Source of the DNA: a virus
IMG/VR virus record: IMGVR_UViG_3300021962_000040
Coordinates: 53,754 to 117,753 of that record
Length of the DNA: 64,000 nucleotides
Direction: 5' to 3' (one strand)
The position numbers and the translations under genes are program-made. Position 1 is the first letter of the stretch, and each line of letters opens with the position of its first letter. This document shows positions 56,146 to 64,000 of the stretch, piece by piece. The notes under the pieces were generated by a model, which was not told where the DNA came from, did not search any database, and saw only the letters and a list, made by a program, of their open reading frames with translations.

Positions 56146-56473
56146 TTACTTTTTTATTAATTGTTTCAATATCCTTAAGGATTTTGTCAAGCATTTTTCC
56201 CATTTCTATTTGAGTACTATGCTTGCTTTTAGGATTATATAGTTGACTTAGTACTCTGTATTGAGCATTTAATTCAACTAATGTATTAGATATAGAGGAT
56301 TCATAGTCAGTACGTAATTTAGCAGCTGTCATTAAATCAAAGTCAACACCCATGTGAATTGTCTCATGAATTGTATTTTGAATTAGATCTGCTAAGTTAG
56401 GATCAACGTTAATCCCAACCATATTTAAGGCTACTACAACATGGTTTTTAGGAAGTTTTGCTAGTGTGACCAT
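56123..56473 (-). CDS. Hypothetical protein
   Basis: 116 aa. Confidence 0.55.
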   Translation of the reverse strand: MVTLAKLPKNHVVVALNMVGINVDPNLADLIQNTIHETIHMGVDFDLMTAAKLRTDYESSISNTLVELNAQYRVLSQLYNPKSKHSTQIEMGKMLDKILKDIETINKKVNGTKNQP

Positions 56474-56849
56474 TTAATTTTCTGTATTGAATTTCTTTTC
56501 TAATAAGATCTAAATGCCAATCAGCTCCTCCGTAATCTAATACAGCTTCAAGATGATCATCTTCCATTTCACATAGAGGTATCCAGTGCAATGGTTCTTT
56601 ACCATCAATTCCCCGGCTTCCTCTAGTTGCATACTTTCTTACAAGTTCAAAGTCATCATCAGCATATACTGCAAAGATTTTGATTTTATTCATATCTTTT
56701 GCACCATATCTAAGATAAGCTGTTCCACCGTCTGCCATAGCTTGGTTAGGACAGGAACAAGTCTTATAGTCATGTCTATGGTAACTTACAATTGTTTCCA
56801 TACACTCTTGACAAGTTACAGAGTTGTATACTAGTTGTTTATCTGTCAT
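56448..56849 (-). CDS. Zn-binding hypothetical protein
   Basis: CQEC..SYHRHDYKTCSC..DGG..YLR. Start placed at MTDKQLV. Confidence 0.6.
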   Translation of the reverse strand: MTDKQLVYNSVTCQECMETIVSYHRHDYKTCSCPNQAMADGGTAYLRYGAKDMNKIKIFAVYADDDFELVRKYATRGSRGIDGKEPLHWIPLCEMEDDHLEAVLDYGGADWHLDLIRKEIQYRKLNGHTSKTS

Positions 56850-56883
56850 ATTTACAATAATAAAAATGATAAGATCATCATAG

Positions 56884-56893
56884 TGCAAAGGTA
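56884..56893 (-). promoter_or_regulatory. Bacteroidota -7 promoter element (TACCTTTGCA)
   Basis: The minus strand reads tacctttgca in an intergenic gap, matching the TAnnTTTG consensus. Similar elements at ~42172-42181 (taaatttgca) and ~60150-60157 (tatctttg). Confidence 0.55.
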
Positions 56894-56949
56894 AAGAAGT
56901 AAGTAAAGAAAACTTTTGAAGTTATCTTTATCAAAGTCATGCATTTGCA

Positions 56950-57252
56950 TTATTTATCTTTTACAAACTGACCGTTGACCATCTTACCGGTCCGTTTACT
57001 AATAACATTATAAGCAGACTCTAAACAATCCTCAAGTTTGAGGTTTTGCATTTTAGCCTGGATAATAAGTGTGACCATAATATCTCCCATTGCATCAATG
57101 ATTTCTGGGCGGTCATCTGTGTTTACTGCTCTACAAAACTCTGTAGTTTCTTCTAAAGTTTTTAGAGCTTGAGCCATAGGTGTAGCCTTGGACAAGATTC
57201 CCTTGTCCAAAGCCCACTGCTCTACTGCGGATTCTAATTCTGAGTAGTTCAT
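56950..57252 (-). CDS. MazG-like nucleotide pyrophosphohydrolase
   Basis: KTLEETTE..DAMGDIMVTL..AYNVISKRTGKMVNGQFVKD. Confidence 0.85.
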   Translation of the reverse strand: MNYSELESAVEQWALDKGILSKATPMAQALKTLEETTEFCRAVNTDDRPEIIDAMGDIMVTLIIQAKMQNLKLEDCLESAYNVISKRTGKMVNGQFVKDK

Positions 57253-57253
57253 A

Positions 57254-59257
57254 TTAAAATAGAGATAGTTGATTTGCTGATACGTTCATGATATTGTTAA
57301 TTTCAGATTCAATAGCTTCAATGTAATAAGACTTGTCAATACCATAGCTTTCCCACTGTGGTTTAACTTCTATCTTATTAAAAAGCTTTTGCATCCATTT
57401 ACCAGCTTCTAACTGGATTTGTCTTCCGTCTACTGTATTTACTTTGATTATCTTAACCTCTTTATTACCACCTACTTTAGCAACATAGTATCTGTTGATC
57501 TTCTGTAGGTCTTCTTCATAGTACTCACCATTTCTGATTGCTTTAGCAACTTGTTTCCATTCACCTCTAGATTTACTACCAATGCAATAGTCTAGAATGT
57601 TTTTGTTCTGTTCTAAATAATCATGAGGGAGAATATCATGTATGAAATAATAGTAGATAGCTTTAGGAATAATTAATTTGGATTTGTTTTTATGAAGAGC
57701 TAGATCATAGAAGTCAAATCTGCCTTTAAGTTTAGACGGTGCATACATAAACTTATCACCCTCCACTTTAAACAAATAGTGTGGGTACTCTTTCTTAATG
57801 TTTCTCCAGGTAGTAATATCTACTTGCTTGAAGTTATTCAAACCAATATAGTTATTAACATCACCAAGTACCAATTTTTGGTACTCATCATGCTCAAGAG
57901 AAAGATTAGTGAGTTGTTCCCATTCTTCACAGATTTTCATATACTCATCCATATAAGTTCTAGGAATCCTTGTCTCAATACCATCTGTATTTTGCATTAA
58001 AGCAACTGCATTTGGTATTCTTTCCATAATCATTTCATATAACATCATCAGACTTAGCTGACCGTTAATTGTAATTCTCATGGTAAGTTCAGGATCATAA
58101 AAGAAACTATCCTTATCATTACTCAAACCAAAGGTTGAGTTCAAGATAATTTTGTAAACATAATTCATTGGGTCCTTCTTAGGAATCTTTTTTCTTTCCT
58201 CAAAGAACCATTCATACTGATCACAAAATTGTTCTGCTGGAAAATGACCGGGTGACCATTTATTCCTGATAACAAGATTAGGATAAAAGGATGTAACATC
58301 TGAAGACATGATTACAAATTCATCATCAGACTTATAGATGCCTGCTTTTCTTGCACCATGAACACCTCCTAAACCAAAGTGTGTTGTAACACCTTTATAG
58401 TTAACGGAGTATTTGAAACCACCTTTCAAATTTTCTGGACTGAGTTCAACAGCCCGGAATCTTTCTAGAAGAGATTTAAATTCAGGTGAATTGAATTGGA
58501 CATAAGGTAAGATAATATCTGCCAGTTTGATGCTACTGCGGTAGGTTCTCATTGCCTTGATATCTCTCTTTTGTATATTAAGTTTCTCTGACATGTAATA
58601 AGCAAATAGTTCTTTACTTATCCGTGGTTCAGAGGCACTATACAAATTGATACCATATGTCTTGGTTAGTTCTTTTCTTAATCTAATTTGTGATTCAGAT
58701 CTTTTAAATATTTCTTTGGTGGATTGTACATCATTAATACAGTACCCCACAATTGTGTCTAGCTGTTCTTTTGTTTCTATCAAAGTATTATGATGGATAG
58801 GCATTTCTAAGATGTTCTCCCAATCCATACTATACTGGATCCATTTTAGACTGGATCTTTTTGCGGGATTATCCCAATGATGCATTTTAAATAAATCAAT
58901 CTGACCTATACACATCTTCCATAATGGATAATCCTGGAATTCTTTTGTGTCACTTTTAGCAATACACTTTGCAGCATACTGATAAATAATCTCAGCAATC
59001 TGGCAACCGCCTAGATTAACCCACAGAGGATAGTTTTCTATAATATAATGAGTAACTTGACCATCAAAGGCCAAACCATTATAAGATATATGCCACTCTC
59101 TGTTCTCTTCATTCTCTTTTAAGAATCCTATGAAGTCTTCAAAGTCATTTTGTAAATCATGAACAATGAAAACTTTTCTTTCTGAGGTCTTGTAATGTTC
59201 AAATACTGCAACAAAGCAATTCCTCAATGTCTCATAATCCATTATCCAATGATTCAT
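57254..59257 (-). CDS. polB: Family B DNA polymerase with 3'-5' exonuclease
   Basis: ExoI DYE, ExoII YNGLAFD, ExoIII YCINDV; motif A DVTSFYPN, motif B KIILNSTFG, motif C NTDG. Confidence 0.9.
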   Translation of the reverse strand: MNHWIMDYETLRNCFVAVFEHYKTSERKVFIVHDLQNDFEDFIGFLKENEENREWHISYNGLAFDGQVTHYIIENYPLWVNLGGCQIAEIIYQYAAKCIAKSDTKEFQDYPLWKMCIGQIDLFKMHHWDNPAKRSSLKWIQYSMDWENILEMPIHHNTLIETKEQLDTIVGYCINDVQSTKEIFKRSESQIRLRKELTKTYGINLYSASEPRISKELFAYYMSEKLNIQKRDIKAMRTYRSSIKLADIILPYVQFNSPEFKSLLERFRAVELSPENLKGGFKYSVNYKGVTTHFGLGGVHGARKAGIYKSDDEFVIMSSDVTSFYPNLVIRNKWSPGHFPAEQFCDQYEWFFEERKKIPKKDPMNYVYKIILNSTFGLSNDKDSFFYDPELTMRITINGQLSLMMLYEMIMERIPNAVALMQNTDGIETRIPRTYMDEYMKICEEWEQLTNLSLEHDEYQKLVLGDVNNYIGLNNFKQVDITTWRNIKKEYPHYLFKVEGDKFMYAPSKLKGRFDFYDLALHKNKSKLIIPKAIYYYFIHDILPHDYLEQNKNILDYCIGSKSRGEWKQVAKAIRNGEYYEEDLQKINRYYVAKVGGNKEVKIIKVNTVDGRQIQLEAGKWMQKLFNKIEVKPQWESYGIDKSYYIEAIESEINNIMNVSANQLSLF

Positions 59258-59651
59258 TCTTGCTTAGATTTTTATATTTCTGTTTTACATTTGAAGATAA
59301 AGGAATGGGATCTCCATTCTCATCAATTCTAACAAACCTTATATTGGTTGATAGAATAACAACCTGATTACCTGAATAAACATTGTGTGCTCTAGCTTCC
59401 ATGTAGAAGGTCATGCTGGTATTACCAACATGATTAACTTCTCCATAGATTTTAATTAGCTGTCCCTCTTTGGCAGGTTTTTTAAATATGCACTTATCAA
59501 TCATAACCGTAACCATACGTGGTGTATCACATACTTCCATGGCAAATGCTGCAGCTGCTGCATCTAACCAGGCAAGTAGCTTTCCACCAAATAGATTTGC
59601 GTGAAAGCCTAAGTCTGATTTTTTAATTGGGTGTGTGGTTATTAACTGCAT
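59232..59651 (-). CDS. HotDog-fold acyl-CoA thioesterase (YciA-like)
   Basis: NLFGGKLLAWLD, MVTV, FKKP..G, VGNTSM, FVRIDENGDP. Confidence 0.85.
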   Translation of the reverse strand: MQLITTHPIKKSDLGFHANLFGGKLLAWLDAAAAAFAMEVCDTPRMVTVMIDKCIFKKPAKEGQLIKIYGEVNHVGNTSMTFYMEARAHNVYSGNQVVILSTNIRFVRIDENGDPIPLSSNVKQKYKNLSKNESLDNGL

Positions 59652-59656
59652 AAGGA

Positions 59657-59684
59657 AAAAAAAAGGGATACAATGTACCCCTTT
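59657..59684 (-). terminator. Rho-independent terminator
   Basis: Imperfect aaaggg(a)tac-aat-gtac(c)ccttt hairpin followed by a T-run on the minus strand. Confidence 0.55.
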
Positions 59685-59709
59685 GATTATGGTTTCACAG
59701 GAATAAAAC

Positions 59710-60129
59710 TTAAGGCATTATAATGCTTGAAGTCTTAGTTTCCTTTACATCAACAAAGAAAGGGGCAATATCAAACTGCTCAGCATTCACTGCAAACATA
59801 TAAACAAATTGTACAATCTCTTCTTTTTCTGTAATATAAATTTCAGAAAAAGTTTCAATCTGCAATCTTTGCTCTTTTACAGTTTTACCTGTCTCCATAT
59901 TAGGAGCTTTAAGTCTGATTGGTTGACCATTTTCATCAAGTCTAGGCACCATGTGCATAGCTTGTTTCTTTACCTTGCTGATAACTGCAAGTATTCCAGA
60001 TGTAGGATCAAACATTGCCTCTACATAGGGACAATCTTGAGTAACTGGGATCATACTGAAGGATTTTACTCCTCTAAATGCTGAACTAATCAGCATCATG
60101 TTTGTTCCAAAGGATGATTTTTCTGCCAT
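59710..60129 (-). CDS. Hypothetical protein
   Basis: 139 aa. Confidence 0.6.
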   Translation of the reverse strand: MAEKSSFGTNMMLISSAFRGVKSFSMIPVTQDCPYVEAMFDPTSGILAVISKVKKQAMHMVPRLDENGQPIRLKAPNMETGKTVKEQRLQIETFSEIYITEKEEIVQFVYMFAVNAEQFDIAPFFVDVKETKTSSIIMP

Positions 60130-60134
60130 TGTTA

Positions 60135-60716
60135 TTATTGGTTTTGCTTCAAAGATATAAATTTATCTTTTAAAAATTGCAAATCTTCAGGGATTTTTTC
60201 ACACAGTGTTTCTTTAACTATATCAGGTTTACTACAAACTTCATAAACTTCTTTGATTAACTCCACGTTGACTCCTAAACTTTCTGCATATACTTCATGA
60301 AATCCAGATGGATTAAGAAAACTTTCAATATAGTCTGAAGCTTTACCTTTAGAACCAAAGTACTGCAAGATTTTATTCTTGGTACCTATTGATATCTTAG
60401 AGTAATGACCTTTAGCAAACATCATGTGATCATGCTTGTAAGTTTTCATGTCAAATACATAAGCTTGTTTATTACCAAAGTCATGATAAAAATCCAATAG
60501 ACTATGGTTTTTCAGGTGTTTTAATTCAAAGTTTTTAAAGTCAACTGTCTTTTCAGTCTCGTATACACATATAAGTTTGTAGTCTTTGGTATCAAAGAGT
60601 TTATCCCAGCAGATGTAAGTATCTGCCGGGACATACTCAAGGCCTTTCCTTAATCCTAATAAAGGATACAAGAAGACTTTGCTTTTTTGAAAATACTCTG
60701 TGTATACAATTTTCAT
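60135..60716 (-). CDS. Hypothetical protein
   Basis: 193 aa. YFQKSKVFLYPLLG..F.KG.YSK. Confidence 0.6.
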   Translation of the reverse strand: MKIVYTEYFQKSKVFLYPLLGLRKGLEYVPADTYICWDKLFDTKDYKLICVYETEKTVDFKNFELKHLKNHSLLDFYHDFGNKQAYVFDMKTYKHDHMMFAKGHYSKISIGTKNKILQYFGSKGKASDYIESFLNPSGFHEVYAESLGVNVELIKEVYEVCSKPDIVKETLCEKIPEDLQFLKDKFISLKQNQ

Positions 60717-60717
60717 A

Positions 60718-61716
60718 TTACAACACTACTTTTCCAGTTATAAACTCATAAGGTAGTTTATAATTGTTGTTTGTGTAATGATAAGCAGCTTTACTAATTA
60801 CATTTCCAAACTCTTCTGCCCAATTTGCTAAAGTTGACTGAGACACATCAAAAGGATATACCTGATTGTAACGGTCAATTACCACAAATTTAAACAAAAT
60901 ATCATAATCTTTCTTTTCTTCAGGAAGATTTTCATAAACTAGTTTGCAGTAAATAGAAGCCTGGAGCCAGTAATTATAGAAGTCAATGCTTTCAGGAAAA
61001 TCAGCAAGAGCTTTTCCGCTAGTCTTTAAGTCACAAATTGTAACTACTTTAGCTTCATCATCAATCTGATAGAAATCAATGAATCCTTTTAAACCAAATG
61101 GTAATTCATCATTCAAATCACATTCTAAGTATTTCTCAGCAAAGGTTTGAATAGGATCTAAGGCAAAGTCAGTTTCCTTCTTTGCAAAAAGAACCTTGAC
61201 ATCTTCATTATCCATTATGATCTGAGCCTGCTCTTTGCATTTAGCAAGAGTGTCTTGATCTATAACATCAACCTTTGGATTGTTAATGAACTTCCAATAC
61301 TCTAAGTTTTCATCACACTGAATCTTAACTACTCTGGCTGAGTCTTCTTTAAGACTTTGATACAGATTCTCTTCTTTTAAGATCTCAAGTATCTTTTCTT
61401 GAAGACCTTCAGACATAAGATCAATGTCTGATTTATCCGTCATTAACAAGCTTTCTGCTAGTTTATGTAGGATCTTTCGGACATTATCAGTTGGTGTTTT
61501 TCCAGGTACAATCTTAAACTTCTCTTCCAGTTTCTGAGGTTCAAAAACTAAGCAGTGAATAAGCTTACCTTCAATTAAATGTTTATCTAGCTTCTCCTCT
61601 TTGTCTCCTAGAATATAGTCTCTATAAAAAAGAGATGGAGAAAATAATAGCTTATTCAAAGATGAATAGCTGAACTTGAACGGCTTTGAGTAAAACTCTT
61701 TTTCTTTATCTGTCAT
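60718..61716 (-). CDS. PD-(D/E)XK exonuclease (RecB/Cas4-like fold)
   Basis: FSYSSL, GKLIHCLV, KGFIDFY..ICDLKTS, YWLQASIY. Confidence 0.8.
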   Translation of the reverse strand: MTDKEKEFYSKPFKFSYSSLNKLLFSPSLFYRDYILGDKEEKLDKHLIEGKLIHCLVFEPQKLEEKFKIVPGKTPTDNVRKILHKLAESLLMTDKSDIDLMSEGLQEKILEILKEENLYQSLKEDSARVVKIQCDENLEYWKFINNPKVDVIDQDTLAKCKEQAQIIMDNEDVKVLFAKKETDFALDPIQTFAEKYLECDLNDELPFGLKGFIDFYQIDDEAKVVTICDLKTSGKALADFPESIDFYNYWLQASIYCKLVYENLPEEKKDYDILFKFVVIDRYNQVYPFDVSQSTLANWAEEFGNVISKAAYHYTNNNYKLPYEFITGKVVL

Positions 61717-61789
61717 GGTTTATTTGTTTTAAAAAGAAGGGAGTGGGGAGATCTCATTAAGAAATCCCCCCATCAATTATGGCATCTCC

Positions 61790-62926
61790 CTAAAAAGGTA
61801 AATATGAAGTTTCCTTAGTTATAACATCAATACCTAAGTCATTTTTCTTCATCATTCTTTCTTGAAACTGTGCTTTAAGTTTTACATCTTCTAGCTTGAT
61901 ATCAAAAACAGACTCTTGGTTAAAACCAACAGATGTTACAAGATGCTCAAGCATTTTGACTGATACAACTTTGAATGCAAATTCAGTTAAGAAGTTTTCC
62001 TCAATAAGATTTTTAAGCAATCTGTCATAGTAGTGAACATTAAGATTACCATAAGGGATGAAGTTATTAAATCTCTTCCTTAAAGTTTTAACATTCACAC
62101 TGGTCCAGTTAGAACTTCTATCCTTGAGTGTGTGATGGTGCATGTAGAATAGCAAAGCAATAATGTCAAATGATTTTTCAACATTAGAGTTAGCCATCAT
62201 CTCCAATACCAAATTAATATTGTCTGTATCATTACTGTTAATCATGGTAACCAAGTTGTTATACTCAGTCTCTCCAAGAATAATAGAATCTTCAACAGTG
62301 ACACCACATAATGCAGTATCAAATATTAAATTCTTAGCAGCTAAAATGCTCTTTAAGGCCTCTTCATCAGAGATATAAGAAGCTTTGTCTTCTACTGATG
62401 GTATTTCTCTAGTGATATCATAAGCAGTGGTGTTGTGAAAACTCCAACTCATATTGCTTTTAATACTAATAGCAATCTTTTCATCACCTTCTCTAATACT
62501 TTTGATGTATTCTATTGCACGTTCAGTACTTGCAGTATCCCAGTGATTTATTGTTTTCTTATAGTATTCAACAAATGCATCAAACATAACTGTATCAGTC
62601 CACTTTCTTTCAAGAAGTGAATCAATATAATCACTGGATATAATTTTGTAATCAGCTGTTTCAGAAGTTCTTACTACAGATAAGTTGTACTTTTCTTTCA
62701 GAACATCTACTTTATTTCTAGGCAATACCAGCTTAGGATATCTGTAAATAGTTTTATCTTGTAAAGATATCTTATTTACATCAAGTGTTTTAACACTATA
62801 GTGAAGATTGCCTGTATTTCCATGTCTGAAAATAATTACAGGCTTTTCAGTTTGAGGAGCATTTACATGAATTTTATGTGTACCTGCCTCAGCCTTTATT
62901 TCTAATATTAATAAGAATGATTTCAT
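61790..62926 (-). CDS. Hypothetical protein with possible BRCT-like domain
   Basis: IYRYPKLVLPRNKV..YNLSVVRTSETADYKIIS. Apparent paralogue of the adjacent gene. Confidence 0.55.
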   Translation of the reverse strand: MKSFLLILEIKAEAGTHKIHVNAPQTEKPVIIFRHGNTGNLHYSVKTLDVNKISLQDKTIYRYPKLVLPRNKVDVLKEKYNLSVVRTSETADYKIISSDYIDSLLERKWTDTVMFDAFVEYYKKTINHWDTASTERAIEYIKSIREGDEKIAISIKSNMSWSFHNTTAYDITREIPSVEDKASYISDEEALKSILAAKNLIFDTALCGVTVEDSIILGETEYNNLVTMINSNDTDNINLVLEMMANSNVEKSFDIIALLFYMHHHTLKDRSSNWTSVNVKTLRKRFNNFIPYGNLNVHYYDRLLKNLIEENFLTEFAFKVVSVKMLEHLVTSVGFNQESVFDIKLEDVKLKAQFQERMMKKNDLGIDVITKETSYLPF

Positions 62927-63945
62927 TTCAAATATTGTTGGTATTTAGGTTTTACAGATACATTAAATACATATAGATCTCTGTTGTAGATTGTAATTTC
63001 TTTTCTGCAAATAGGTTCTAGATATTTAAAAGACTTGGTGTCTAATATCTCATCCTTCTCTAATTGTAGAATCATACCTTGGGCATCCAGTCTAGAGTAC
63101 TTGTACTTAAGATTGTTTACCCAGAACTGCACATCTTTGTTTCTATTGAACTTATAAAGATTATTATCAATCTTTTTCATTAAAGCCCATAGTAGATGAT
63201 GATTCTTACCATTATCAATGGTAGGTAATATCTTAGCAACAATCTCAGTATCCTCATCACTGTAACTACTAATCATATTTTCAACTGTTTCAAGTAAATC
63301 TTCAGTCAGTTCTGATGTACTAGTAGCAGAATGCATCAATGTATCTATATTAATAACTCCTTGAAGAGTACCTGCCTCTAATGCATATGCAATATTAAGA
63401 GCCATTCCGGTTATCATCCAAGAGTCATATAGATTTGTTGTATTACAATTCCAACTGTTAACTTTCTTAGCCCATTTGTCATCATAAATACACTCTAAGT
63501 TAGAGTTATCTACAGTAGGTATTCTACCTGATGTATTATCTATAACATCATAATTCCAAAGTTTTGCCAAAAGAAGAGTTGACTTGATTGTTTCAGAATT
63601 ATTAAGAGGTTCATAAAAGTCTCCGTGACTAATAATAAAATCTGCTTTTTCATAATCCCCAACAATTACAATGTCATGCTCTTTGGCAACAACTTTAATT
63701 CTATCTAGTGATACGGGACATTTAGGTAATACAAAAGCCCGCTTCAAAGTTTTCCAACTAAATGTTGTCTCACTTAAAAGTTTGTCTTTTATATACTGAT
63801 ATTTGTCCGGATCTTGAACACATAATACTGGATCAACAGTGTCAAGATTTGAAGAAGATAGCACCCCATAAATAGGGGCACTATCTAATCCAAAGTGTTG
63901 TAATACTGTTTGATCTAAATCTTGATAAACAGATTTACTTGCCAT
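62923..63945 (-). CDS. Hypothetical protein with possible BRCT-like domain
   Basis: AFVLPKCPVSLDRI..HDIVIVGDYEKADFIISH. Confidence 0.55.
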   Translation of the reverse strand: MASKSVYQDLDQTVLQHFGLDSAPIYGVLSSSNLDTVDPVLCVQDPDKYQYIKDKLLSETTFSWKTLKRAFVLPKCPVSLDRIKVVAKEHDIVIVGDYEKADFIISHGDFYEPLNNSETIKSTLLLAKLWNYDVIDNTSGRIPTVDNSNLECIYDDKWAKKVNSWNCNTTNLYDSWMITGMALNIAYALEAGTLQGVINIDTLMHSATSTSELTEDLLETVENMISSYSDEDTEIVAKILPTIDNGKNHHLLWALMKKIDNNLYKFNRNKDVQFWVNNLKYKYSRLDAQGMILQLEKDEILDTKSFKYLEPICRKEITIYNRDLYVFNVSVKPKYQQYLK

Positions 63946-64000
63946 TACTTCATTGTCATTTTGATGATATCTGGATTCATCATCATCTTGTTAAACTTCT
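63945..64000 (-). CDS. 3' end of a gene truncated by the window edge
   Basis: ...KFNKMMMNPDIIKMTMK*, TAATG-coupled to 62923..63945. Confidence 0.5.
   Translation of the reverse strand, partial: KFNKMMMNPDIIKMTMK

Noticed and set aside
39281-59257. Introns or inteins in nrdA, nrdB, thyX or polB
   Set aside because: All are compact, continuous ORFs with no homing-endonuclease or intein terminal motifs seen.
1-64000. Stop-codon reassignment, as in some crAss-like phages
   Set aside because: Genes up to 15 kb are uninterrupted in code 11. TAG (397) and TGA (33022 and ATGA overlaps) act as real stops, and no suppressor tRNA was seen.

Overview
A 64-kb, AT-rich, gene-dense segment of a crAss-like (Crassvirales-related) dsDNA phage, probably infecting an environmental Bacteroidota host (TAnnTTTG-type promoter elements), read in the standard code. 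The + strand from 1 to 38.8 kb carries the tail and injection module: an IHF-like gene, two tail ring proteins, a 2042-aa muzzle/stabiliser with an inserted vWA domain, three cargo proteins, and three giant ejected proteins. One of these is a 5156-aa virion RNA polymerase (DFDID motif) with a zincin domain. A minus-strand class Ia ribonucleotide reductase cassette lies at 38.9-42.2 kb. A + strand cluster at 42.3-48.6 kb holds membrane/lysis-like, small Lys-rich and fibre-like genes. The minus-strand replication and metabolism arm at 48.6-64 kb has a DUF932-like protein, an SPL-like radical SAM enzyme, ThyX, dNMP kinase, a MazG-like protein, family B DNA polymerase, a HotDog thioesterase, a PD-(D/E)XK nuclease and two paralogous genes. 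Most interesting signals: (1) a recurrent K-x-[QEM]-x-G-G-like peptide that punctuates the cargo proteins and makes up most of a 113-aa protein, a candidate processing or packaging tag; (2) a vWA plus Cys-rich insertion in the muzzle; (3) a micro-gene array joined by 25-32 bp repeats encoding stop, RBS and start; (4) apparent strong TCG/CGA depletion. All family assignments come from motif recognition by eye; no searches were run.
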